This document shows, piece after piece, positions 20,873-29,237 of a DNA stretch of 64,000 bases (positions are counted from its first letter, which is position 1; each line of letters opens with the position of its first letter). Position numbers and translations under genes: made by a program. Source of the DNA: an uncultured Aminicenantes bacterium (GTDB lineage: Bacteria; Acidobacteriota; Aminicenantia; UBA2199); NCBI GenBank assembly GCA_965195285.1, contig CBDAFS010000012.1:76056-140055 (forward strand). Reading direction: 5' to 3'. The notes under the pieces are model-generated. The model had not been told where the DNA came from. It did no database searches and saw only the letters and a list, made by a program, of their open reading frames with translations.

Positions 20873-21208
20873 TTATTTTTTCCTTTCCCTGACATTTATT
20901 TTCTGGTCTTTTTTAAACCAGGGCCTTAATCGAAACCGGAAGGCAGCCCGGGTGAGTGCATTGGTGGCCGTGGGATTGGTCAGGGTCACAAAAATGATCA
21001 TAATAACCAATTTGGCGCTGTTTATGGTAAATCCTTCATAAATAATCAAACCGGTGATCACCAGCATGATTCCCAGGGTGTCACTTTTGCCGGTGGCATG
21101 GGCCCGGGAATAAAAATCAGGCAGCCGAATCAGCCCGATACTGCCGATGAGCAGAAAGAAAGCCCCGAAACTGATAATAATGACGGATAGTATTGTTTTC
21201 AATTCCAT
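20873..21208 (-). CDS. mrpG: Mrp antiporter subunit G
   Basis: RLPDFYSRAHATGKSDTLG motif. Confidence 0.9.
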   Translation of the reverse strand: MELKTILSVIIISFGAFFLLIGSIGLIRLPDFYSRAHATGKSDTLGIMLVITGLIIYEGFTINSAKLVIMIIFVTLTNPTATNALTRAAFRFRLRPWFKKDQKINVRERKK

Positions 21209-21480
21209 CAGTCCTTCCTCGGCAGTCGGGTACCCAGATACTTGGCAATGGCAATGGTTCCGATGAAATTCAGGGTGGTATAGGCCAGGGTAATATCGAT
21301 GAACATGTCTATTCTTCCGAAAACAAAACCGATGATTAAAATCAAAACCATGGTTTTGGTGGCAATGGTCCCGGCTCCCAGCATTCGGTCAAACAGGGTG
21401 GGGCCGGCGATTACTCGGTATAGCGGTATAAATATGATCACCGTTAGTATGACCGAGAGGTAAACAAAGTATTGATGCAT
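21208..21480 (-). CDS. mrpF: Mrp antiporter subunit F
   Basis: RVIAGPTLFDR motif, three TMs. Confidence 0.9.
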   Translation of the reverse strand: MHQYFVYLSVILTVIIFIPLYRVIAGPTLFDRMLGAGTIATKTMVLILIIGFVFGRIDMFIDITLAYTTLNFIGTIAIAKYLGTRLPRKD

Positions 21481-22052
21481 CAGATTTCCCTCGCTGATTT
21501 CATGATTTTGATTCCGGTAATCACTTCTCTGGGTTTGCTTCCGTACAGCTTGGCAACCTGTTCGGGCAGGGTGCCGTCGATAATCCCGGAGGATGACACA
21601 TCCATCAGGGCATGCACCAGAAATTCATCACCGCTGATCCGGATGGTAATGGTTCCCGGGGTCAGGGTGATGGAGTTTCCCAGGATGACTTTTGATCCCA
21701 TGGTGGGTAACTTGGTTCTGAAGGTCAACAAAGCCGGATCAATGGGCATCTTGGGGTGAAGCACCACATAGGCAACCTGCAGGCTGGCCACAACGATCTG
21801 CCAGATCAACCAGGGAATATAGAGTATGACAAAACGAAAGTAGTTTAAGGGGGTGGTAATGGGTGAGGTCTTGAATACCTCATTGGTAAAGAAATAGTAT
21901 TTTCTCAGACGCAGGTTGAGTATGATGATCACAATTGAAGAGACAACCCCCATGGAAATATGAAACAAATCATAATGACCGCTCAGGAGCAGCCAGAATC
22001 CCATCAGTAAGAAAAATTGAACAACAGTTTTCAAAAAGAAAATTTGCTTCAA
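21480..22052 (-). CDS. mrpE: Mrp antiporter subunit E
   Basis: NSITLTPGT motif; TTG start with GAGG RBS. Confidence 0.88.
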   Translation of the reverse strand: MKQIFFLKTVVQFFLLMGFWLLLSGHYDLFHISMGVVSSIVIIILNLRLRKYYFFTNEVFKTSPITTPLNYFRFVILYIPWLIWQIVVASLQVAYVVLHPKMPIDPALLTFRTKLPTMGSKVILGNSITLTPGTITIRISGDEFLVHALMDVSSSGIIDGTLPEQVAKLYGSKPREVITGIKIMKSAREI

Positions 22053-22114
22053 TTAATTCCTCTACTATGATGTTGTTGAACCAAAAATTGGCAGATATAA
22101 AAAAAATAGTTAAC

Positions 22115-22143
22115 ATTGTAATTAATTTTATTTTTAATGTCAA
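22115..22143 (-). promoter_or_regulatory. Sigma-70-type promoter of the mrp operon
   Basis: Minus strand TTGACA-N17-TACAAT. Confidence 0.7.
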
Positions 22144-22213
22144 GTCAGAAAAACCCTTCATGTTGACTTTGGCTCAATGAATTGATACATTGGACGTATC
22201 TGAGGAGGATCCC

Positions 22214-23866
22214 ATGAAATCGGATATTGAAATTGCCCGTCAGGCATCTCTGGTGAAGATCAAGGAGATCAGAGAGAACCTCAATATAAAGGAAGAAGAA
22301 TTCTGGTCCTTTGGCCGGTATAAAGGTAAAGTGTCATTGCGTCTGAATGAGCGGCTGAAGCATAGTCCGGAGGGGAAACTCATAGTGGTCACCGCCATTA
22401 CCCCTACCAAGTTCGGAGAAGGAAAAACCACCACATCCATCGGTCTGTCCATGGGCATCAATAAGTTAGGGAAATCATCGATTGTTACCATCCGGGAGCC
22501 TTCTCTGGGTCCGGTCTTCGGAGTCAAGGGCGGGGCAGCTGGAGGCGGATTTTCCCAGGTGCTGCCCATGGAAGATATCAACCTGCATTTTACCGGTGAT
22601 ATACATGCCATCACCTCAGCCAATAATCTGCTGGCCGGAGTCATTGATAACCATATCCATTTTTCCAACACATTGAGGCTTGATACCCGCAAGATTATGT
22701 GGAAGCGAGCCATGGATATGAATGACCGGAACCTTCGAAATCTGGTAGTGGGCCTGGGCGGGAAAAAGCAGGGGTATCCCCGGGAGGACGGGTTTATCAT
22801 CTCAGCTGCATCTGAAATCATGGCCATATTAACCCTGTCCCAGAATGTCGGAGATTTAAAGGAGAGGCTGGGTGAAATTCTGGTCGGCTTTGCCCGGAAT
22901 GATCAGCCCGTATTTGCCAGGGATTTTCGTATCTGCGGGGCCATGTCTGTGGTGCTCAGGGAAGCCATCAACCCCAACCTGGTCCAGACCATTGAGAATA
23001 CGCCGGCTTTTGTTCACAGCGGTCCCTTTGCCAATATATCCTTTGGCACAAACAGTATTGTGGCTACCAAGATGGCCTTGAAACTCAGTGATTATGTAGT
23101 CACCGAGTGCGGGTTCGGATCGGACCTTGGTTTTGAGAAATATATTGACCTGGTTTCCCGGTTTGCCGGTTATAAAATTCATGCCGTGGTGGTGGTTGCC
23201 ACAGTCAGGGCCTTGAAGCATCAGGGTGGTGGTGGTGATCTGCCGGCCCTGAAACAGGGATTAGCCAATCTGGGTAAACACATCGAGAATGTCAGTTCAC
23301 TGGGCTTTTCTCCGATTGTGGCGGTAAATGTGTTTCCGGATGATCTGTCCCGGGAACTGGACTGCATTACCGACTATTGTACCCGCAAGGGTGTGGCTGT
23401 GGAGTTGAGTGAAGCCTATGAAAGGGGAGGTGAGGGCTCAATGGCCCTGGCCAGAAAAGTAACGGCCATTGCCGATCAATCACGGGGTCAATTCGAGCGG
23501 ATCTACGAGTTGGAAGATTCAATCCAAGAGAAAATAGAAAAAGTGGCCCTGAAAGTTTATGGAGCGGATGGGGTTATCTATTCCTGGGATGCCAAGAAGA
23601 AGCTCAAGTTGATCTCCAAGATGGGGCTCGATCATTTCCCCATCTGCATTGCCAAAACCCCTCTATCGCTCTCGGACAATAAGAAAAAACTGAATGTCCC
23701 CACCGGATGGCGGTTGAATGTCAATGAGATCAACATTGCCCACGGAGCCGGTTATGTGATTCCGATTTCCGGTGATGTCATGCTGATGCCCGGATTGCCA
23801 CGGGTTCCATCGGCAGAGCATATTGATATTGATCCTGAAACCTGTCAGATCTCAGGGCTTTCTTAA
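22214..23866 (+). CDS. fhs: Formate--tetrahydrofolate ligase
   Basis: TPTKFGEGKTTT, KGGAAGGG, INLHFTGD and HSGPFANI motifs; RBS GAGGAGG before ATG 22214. Confidence 0.96.
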   Translation: MKSDIEIARQASLVKIKEIRENLNIKEEEFWSFGRYKGKVSLRLNERLKHSPEGKLIVVTAITPTKFGEGKTTTSIGLSMGINKLGKSSIVTIREPSLGPVFGVKGGAAGGGFSQVLPMEDINLHFTGDIHAITSANNLLAGVIDNHIHFSNTLRLDTRKIMWKRAMDMNDRNLRNLVVGLGGKKQGYPREDGFIISAASEIMAILTLSQNVGDLKERLGEILVGFARNDQPVFARDFRICGAMSVVLREAINPNLVQTIENTPAFVHSGPFANISFGTNSIVATKMALKLSDYVVTECGFGSDLGFEKYIDLVSRFAGYKIHAVVVVATVRALKHQGGGGDLPALKQGLANLGKHIENVSSLGFSPIVAVNVFPDDLSRELDCITDYCTRKGVAVELSEAYERGGEGSMALARKVTAIADQSRGQFERIYELEDSIQEKIEKVALKVYGADGVIYSWDAKKKLKLISKMGLDHFPICIAKTPLSLSDNKKKLNVPTGWRLNVNEINIAHGAGYVIPISGDVMLMPGLPRVPSAEHIDIDPETCQISGLS

Positions 23867-23883
23867 CCATAATAAATATAAAA

Positions 23884-23896
23884 GTCAAACGAAGAT
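23884..23896 (+). repeat. Left copy of a 13-bp inverted repeat (degenerate REP-like half)
   Basis: GTCAAACGAAGAT is the exact reverse complement of 28740-28752. Confidence 0.6.
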
Positions 23897-24011
23897 TCGA
23901 TCCTTTCTTATGGGGAGAATTATTTTATTCTGTCCGACATATAAAATTAATGATTATAATTAAAAACATTGACTTTTGGAAATTCAGTATATCTAATAGA
24001 TAAAGGAGGTT

Positions 24012-26513
24012 GTGATGAGAGTGTTGGGTAATAAAAAAACTATATTTCTCCTTCTTCTTTTGTTTTTCTTTATGGCATTTTCAACTCATGGTTATGCCAG
24101 GGAAGAAAAGAGCAGTGAGGTTAAAATCTCATGGGAAGAATTTAAAAAACTATTAAATTTGGATGCTGATGAAGTCAGTCTGACCTGGGAAGAATTCAGG
24201 CAGTTAATTGCTCAGACCGGTGAAGAAAATACAATCCCATATACGGTAAAAAGCGGGAAGATCATCCTGCCTCGGGAGCAGTTCAAACAATTGCTCAACA
24301 AGATGAAACTACCCAGAGTATCTATTTTAAAACCTCCGGCAGATTATATTATCACTAAAGCCGAATATTCGGGACAATTGGAGAATAAAACGGCTGCCAT
24401 TACTGTCCGGTTTTTTCTGGAAATCTTTGAAAAAGAAAGCAGAGACTATAGAAAAATTCCTTTTTTACCTCAATCGGTTGCTATTGAAGAGGTTTTGCTT
24501 GACGGTAAACCCGGGCTGGTTATGGAACAAAGCGGCTGGTATCATATCACTACTGCAGAAAAAGGGAGACATGTGTTAACAGTTAAATATTACACTCCAT
24601 GCAACCTGGAAAAAGGTTCTCAAATCCTCAATATCACCATACCCAGAACTGCTATCACCCTGTTTGACCTGATAGTTCCCCTGGAAAATGTGGATATTGA
24701 AATTCCAAATGCAAAAGAATTACTAATATCACAAAAGAAAAAAAATACCAGAATCACTGCCATACTTCCTGCTACGGATTATATTAAGGTACTTGCTCAT
24801 CGTAAATATATTTCTACAAAAACGGTATCCGAAGAAACACCGGCAAAAATTTATGCTGAAACCGTCAACCTGCTTTCTATAGAAGAGGATGCAATAAGGG
24901 TTAACTGCCGGGTTAAACTGAATGTTCTTCAAAATACAATAAATCACATTAAAACAAAAATACCCGACAAATACACTATTCTATACATTTATAAGCGTAA
25001 CGGGACACGACTGCGGGACTGGAAAACCATAAAAACCGAAAATAATGGCCAGATACTGCATATTCCATTTGATTCTCCGTTAGACGGCAGCATTGTCTTT
25101 AATATTATAGCTGAGCGTTTGTTTGAATCAGAAAAAACAGAGATTGATTTTAACGGTTTTCAGATTATCGGAGCTATCAGGGAGACTGGATATATTGGTG
25201 CGGAAAAGAAAAGCACAGCAGAGGCAACACCTACGAAAGTTGAAAAATTAGACCGTATTGATATTAAAGACCTTCCCAATGAATTGATAAATATGTCTAA
25301 ACGACCTCTCCTATTCGGATTCCGTTATTTACGCCATCCTCACAATATCTTAATGACAGTGACAAAACACAAAGAATTACCCAGTATCAGTACGGTAATT
25401 GATATGGCCAGTGTAATAACGGTTATCCTTGATAACGGTAAAATGCTAACAAAAGCAGTATTTACGATCAGGAACACATATAAGCAGTTTCTTGACTTAG
25501 AACTTCCATCCGGTTCAAAGATCTGGACAGTATATGTAGCAGGAAAAAGGGAGAATGCATCAAAAATAAAAGACAAGATATTAATCCCGCTTTCCCGTTC
25601 AAGTATGAAGGATAATATTCTGCAGAGTTTCACAGTGGATCTGATCTATTATGGAAAGGAAGATTCTTTGAATTTTGCAGGCAGCCAGAACATTCATTTT
25701 CCAAAAACAGATGTGATGATCAGCAAAATGATCTGGTCAGTCTATTTGCCCAGGAATTATAATTACCTCCATTTTGCAGGGAATGTGGAGAAAGAAGAGA
25801 TGGCGAGTACTTTTAATCTTATTTTAGGGAAGACCCGCGGTTTCAGCCTTGATAAAGCAAGGAATTATTATGATGTAGGGATAAATATAGAAAAAGAACC
25901 ACAAGATCAGAGACAGATGAGTGATTATGAACAGTCACTTCAGAGTGTGTTTAAGAACCAGTCCATCAGACAGAAGGATATAGCAGTTCAGATGCAGAAT
26001 GAGGCCAACCTGGAAACCATAATCAAACAGGAAAAGAGTAAAGGGCTTGGAATGCCCGGATCAAGTGCTGAGACCTTAAAAATCGAACTCCCAACCAGCG
26101 GTCAGATTTACAGATTCAATAAGACTGTTATTGAAGGGGAATCCATTACTCTGTATTCATATTATATTTCCAGGTCAGTCATGACACTTATTAAAATTGT
26201 AGTCATACTGATTATATTATTGTTTGTTTATCTATTGAGGAAAAAGATTAAAAATCTTTTTTACAGTATCTATAAATGGGTCGGTAACCAGGAAAAATTC
26301 TGGAGTTTTATCAAAACAAGAACCGGTTCGAGGCTTGCTCTGTTTATAGCTGCCTTATGTTTTGTTTTTATCTCCCACGTTATTTTTACGGTATTGGTGC
26401 TGCTTTTTATTATGGCAGTATTCAAGCCAAAATGGCTGGTACCGAAAATATCCGGTGAGCAGCAAGGGTTTCCGAAAAACCCAGAAGATAATAGAGGGTC
26501 AAGTGAATCATGA
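24012..26513 (+). CDS. Large exported membrane-anchored protein of unknown function (paralog 1)
   Basis: Signal peptide, repeated WEEF(K/R)xL motif, beta-rich body, C-terminal TMs; RBS AAGGAGG. Confidence 0.8.
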   Translation: MMRVLGNKKTIFLLLLLFFFMAFSTHGYAREEKSSEVKISWEEFKKLLNLDADEVSLTWEEFRQLIAQTGEENTIPYTVKSGKIILPREQFKQLLNKMKLPRVSILKPPADYIITKAEYSGQLENKTAAITVRFFLEIFEKESRDYRKIPFLPQSVAIEEVLLDGKPGLVMEQSGWYHITTAEKGRHVLTVKYYTPCNLEKGSQILNITIPRTAITLFDLIVPLENVDIEIPNAKELLISQKKKNTRITAILPATDYIKVLAHRKYISTKTVSEETPAKIYAETVNLLSIEEDAIRVNCRVKLNVLQNTINHIKTKIPDKYTILYIYKRNGTRLRDWKTIKTENNGQILHIPFDSPLDGSIVFNIIAERLFESEKTEIDFNGFQIIGAIRETGYIGAEKKSTAEATPTKVEKLDRIDIKDLPNELINMSKRPLLFGFRYLRHPHNILMTVTKHKELPSISTVIDMASVITVILDNGKMLTKAVFTIRNTYKQFLDLELPSGSKIWTVYVAGKRENASKIKDKILIPLSRSSMKDNILQSFTVDLIYYGKEDSLNFAGSQNIHFPKTDVMISKMIWSVYLPRNYNYLHFAGNVEKEEMASTFNLILGKTRGFSLDKARNYYDVGINIEKEPQDQRQMSDYEQSLQSVFKNQSIRQKDIAVQMQNEANLETIIKQEKSKGLGMPGSSAETLKIELPTSGQIYRFNKTVIEGESITLYSYYISRSVMTLIKIVVILIILLFVYLLRKKIKNLFYSIYKWVGNQEKFWSFIKTRTGSRLALFIAALCFVFISHVIFTVLVLLFIMAVFKPKWLVPKISGEQQGFPKNPEDNRGSSES

Positions 26514-28720
26514 ACAATAACAAATGTAAATATTTAATTATTATCCTGTTATTTTTCTTGTTTGCAGGCAATAACATTATCTTCAGCCAATCTACAGATA
26601 AGGAAGGTATTACTCTGACCTGGAAGGACCTGCAGAAACTCCTCAATCTTAATGCCAATAAAATAGAGATCACATGGGAGGGATTCAGGAAACTTCTTAA
26701 ACAGACCGGGGCCCGGATGGATATGGTTTTTGAGATCAAAGACGGGATAGTGACTATCAAGCGGGAACAATTCAGGCAGATCCTCAAAAAAATGAAACCT
26801 GTTGAGAAAATTGTGGTGGATCCGCCCAAAGACTATATTATTACAGAAGCGGAATATTATGGAACAGCAGGGAATAAGAATAGCAACTTTTCTGCCATAT
26901 TTAAGATCTATGTTTTTGATCGAAAAAACCCGGTTTATATTAATATTCCGATTATTCACACCAATTTTGCATTAAAAGATATCCGCGTTAATAAAAAGCC
27001 TGCGCTAATTCACACCAGAGGGGCCTGGCATAATCTCATCCTGAACCGGAAAGGCTTATATCGGGTTAAAGCTGTTTTTTCAATTGGAAACAATAAACAA
27101 AGCCTTTATCTTCCCGTTATTCGTTCAAATATCAACCGTTTGGATTTCACCGTATTAAATAATAATCTGGAGATAAATGTTGATCCGTCCATAAATGTAA
27201 AAAGAAAAAACACAAGTAACAAGACTCAAATCCATACTAATTTCCCCCCGACAAGCAAGCTCCTGATTAACTGGACCAGAAGGACAGAGAAGAGGGAAAA
27301 ACAGCCCCCATTCTTTTATGCCAATACCCGTTCGTTAATTTCAGCGGAGGCTGATATTCTGCGGGTTAAAACCCGTGTTAATCTGGATATTATTCAGAGT
27401 ACACTCGACAGGGTTTCCCTGGTGGTGCCGGAGAATTATGAAGTGATAAAAATCGATGGCGTGGCAGACAGCGAGTGGTGGGTAAGGAAAACCGCTATTG
27501 GAAGGGTTCTGGAGATCCATTTCAGGTATGATGTTGACCGTACTATCGGGTTTACCGTATATGCAGAACGAATGATGACTGCAGAAACTATTGCTGCTGA
27601 TTTTACCGGTTTTAAGGTGATTAAAGCCAGAAGAGAGACCGGGGATTTAGGGATTGTTTCCGAAAGTTCGGTACAGGTTAACATAGATGAGAAAGATAAT
27701 TCCGGACTGGAAAAAATAGAATTTCATAAACTGCCGAAAGGTTTTCTACATATATCATCACGTCCGATCCTGTCTGCCTTTAAATATATCAAACACCCTT
27801 TCAAGCTCCTTGTTCGTATAACCAAACATGACCGGGTAGAGGGTATTTCCACAGTAATTGAGTCTGCTGATATAACCTCACTTTTTTTAAAGGAAGGTAA
27901 AATGATCTATCATATTATGTATAGGGTACTGAATACCTATAAACAGTTCATGGAACTGGAACTGCCAAAAGATTCAATTATCTGGACTGTTTATGTAGAT
28001 AATAAAAGGGGAAAAGCATCCAGCAATAAGAAAGGAAAAGTGTTGATCCCTTTGATACGTTCTTCTGGCAATGGGGAAAACATAAGGCCTTTTAATGTTG
28101 AGTTGATTTATACCTTACCCATAGATAAATTCAGAATATTCGGTAAAGGAGAGTGTTTTATTCCTTCCTGTGATATTTTTATAAATAAAATGAGAGTTTC
28201 ACTGCACATACCCCAGGGATATGGTTATAATTTTGATAAAACCGGATGGGAGGAAGAGAAACCACCAGATTCCAGGCAAAAAAGAAAAGAAGATATATCA
28301 AGAATTTCATCTTTTGAAGAAAAAACCGATAGATACAAACAAATTGAAAAAGCAATTACAGTTGATAGTAAAGCACCTTTGAGTAAAAAAACAGATGAGA
28401 CAGTAAAAGAAACTAAAGAAGGGGGCGTATCGGGTGGAGTGGTTGCAGGGGAATTAACTCCGCCTCCATCAGGAAAAGTTCAGAGAAAACCAAGATCCGG
28501 AATTGTTACCGGACCTGCAGGCCTCAGCTCAATAAAGGTTTATCTTCCCTTGTCCGGTATACGGTTTGTATTTTCTAAAAAAATTGTTGATAAAAACGAG
28601 AAATTTTCTTTACGGTTTTCTTATTTCAGCCAGTGGTTAAAAACCGGAATTATATACCTGTTTGTTTTTATAATTGTTATTGGTATAGCCATTATTATCA
28701 GGCGCAAATTTAAAAAATAA
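26510..28720 (+). CDS. Large exported membrane-anchored protein of unknown function (paralog 2)
   Basis: Shares PPxDYIITxAEY, RETG, NTYKQF(L/M)xLELP, IWTVYV and LIPL motifs with 24012; ATGA overlap. Confidence 0.8.
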   Translation: MNNNKCKYLIIILLFFLFAGNNIIFSQSTDKEGITLTWKDLQKLLNLNANKIEITWEGFRKLLKQTGARMDMVFEIKDGIVTIKREQFRQILKKMKPVEKIVVDPPKDYIITEAEYYGTAGNKNSNFSAIFKIYVFDRKNPVYINIPIIHTNFALKDIRVNKKPALIHTRGAWHNLILNRKGLYRVKAVFSIGNNKQSLYLPVIRSNINRLDFTVLNNNLEINVDPSINVKRKNTSNKTQIHTNFPPTSKLLINWTRRTEKREKQPPFFYANTRSLISAEADILRVKTRVNLDIIQSTLDRVSLVVPENYEVIKIDGVADSEWWVRKTAIGRVLEIHFRYDVDRTIGFTVYAERMMTAETIAADFTGFKVIKARRETGDLGIVSESSVQVNIDEKDNSGLEKIEFHKLPKGFLHISSRPILSAFKYIKHPFKLLVRITKHDRVEGISTVIESADITSLFLKEGKMIYHIMYRVLNTYKQFMELELPKDSIIWTVYVDNKRGKASSNKKGKVLIPLIRSSGNGENIRPFNVELIYTLPIDKFRIFGKGECFIPSCDIFINKMRVSLHIPQGYGYNFDKTGWEEEKPPDSRQKRKEDISRISSFEEKTDRYKQIEKAITVDSKAPLSKKTDETVKETKEGGVSGGVVAGELTPPPSGKVQRKPRSGIVTGPAGLSSIKVYLPLSGIRFVFSKKIVDKNEKFSLRFSYFSQWLKTGIIYLFVFIIVIGIAIIIRRKFKK

Positions 28721-28730
28721 AAATAAGATA

Positions 28731-28752
28731 AGGGGTCAGATCTTCGTTTGAC
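28731..28752 (+). repeat. REP-like GGGGTCAGATCT repeat
   Basis: AGGGGTCAGATCTTCGTTTGAC; the core recurs at 32311. Confidence 0.6.
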
Positions 28753-28779
28753 GTTTAAAAACACAATTCTTTTATTTTC

Positions 28780-28991
28780 TTATTCTTCTATGTTTTCAAG
28801 AATATGCCGGCGCAACTTTTCAAAAGCCAGCGCTCCTGTTATATGCCCCTTTTCCAGCACTGTTATTAAGCGTTCGTCATAACACTGTTTTTGATCAAGT
28901 TATCCATTTTTGATTTGTCATAAGATTGAGCATTTAGCTCAAATGCCATAAATAAGAAGAGTAATGTGATTAATGTTAATTTTATTTTCAT
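28780..28991 (-). pseudogene. Gene remnant: signal-peptide 5' fragment joined out of frame to a 3' fragment
   Basis: RBS AAGGAGG plus MKIKLTLITLLFLFMAFELNAQSYDKSKMDNLIKNSVMTNA* (28991-28866); an overlapping frame reads ...ERLITVLEKGHITGALAFEKLRRHILENIEE* (stop 28780). Confidence 0.45.
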
Positions 28992-29237
28992 TTTTTATTC
29001 CTCCTTGTTTTTTATCTCTTTTGGAAATTAACGTCGTAGGAAAATCTTTTTTTCATCTTAATGAAATATTAGGGAAATTATTGTTCATTGTCAAAAAAGA
29101 AGGCGGAACCCATTCTATTTATCTTTCTGTCTACCTTTTCCAATCCTGCATAGAGGGGTAGGGCCAGTGTGTTGTGACCCCTTTTGTTTCAGAAACCCCT
29201 TAAAAAACAGGGACAATTTAATTGCTTCAATCTGTCA

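Noticed and set aside
14589-22052. Membrane-bound hydrogenase (Mbh/Ech) or complex I
   Set aside because: No NiFe large or small subunit, NuoH-like or Fe-S genes; only antiporter-type subunits.
22053-22110. Riboswitch in the mrp leader
   Set aside because: Short AT-rich leader with no convincing stem structure.
22240-22827. 195-aa minus-strand ORF and similar antisense ORFs over clpB, mrp, mgtE and DUF374
   Set aside because: They lie fully opposite well-supported genes and show no independent coding signal.
28973-29161. 62-aa plus-strand ORF, and likewise 37422-37619, 41464-41658 and 11654-11902
   Set aside because: AT-rich intergenic or promoter DNA with no RBS or recognisable motifs.
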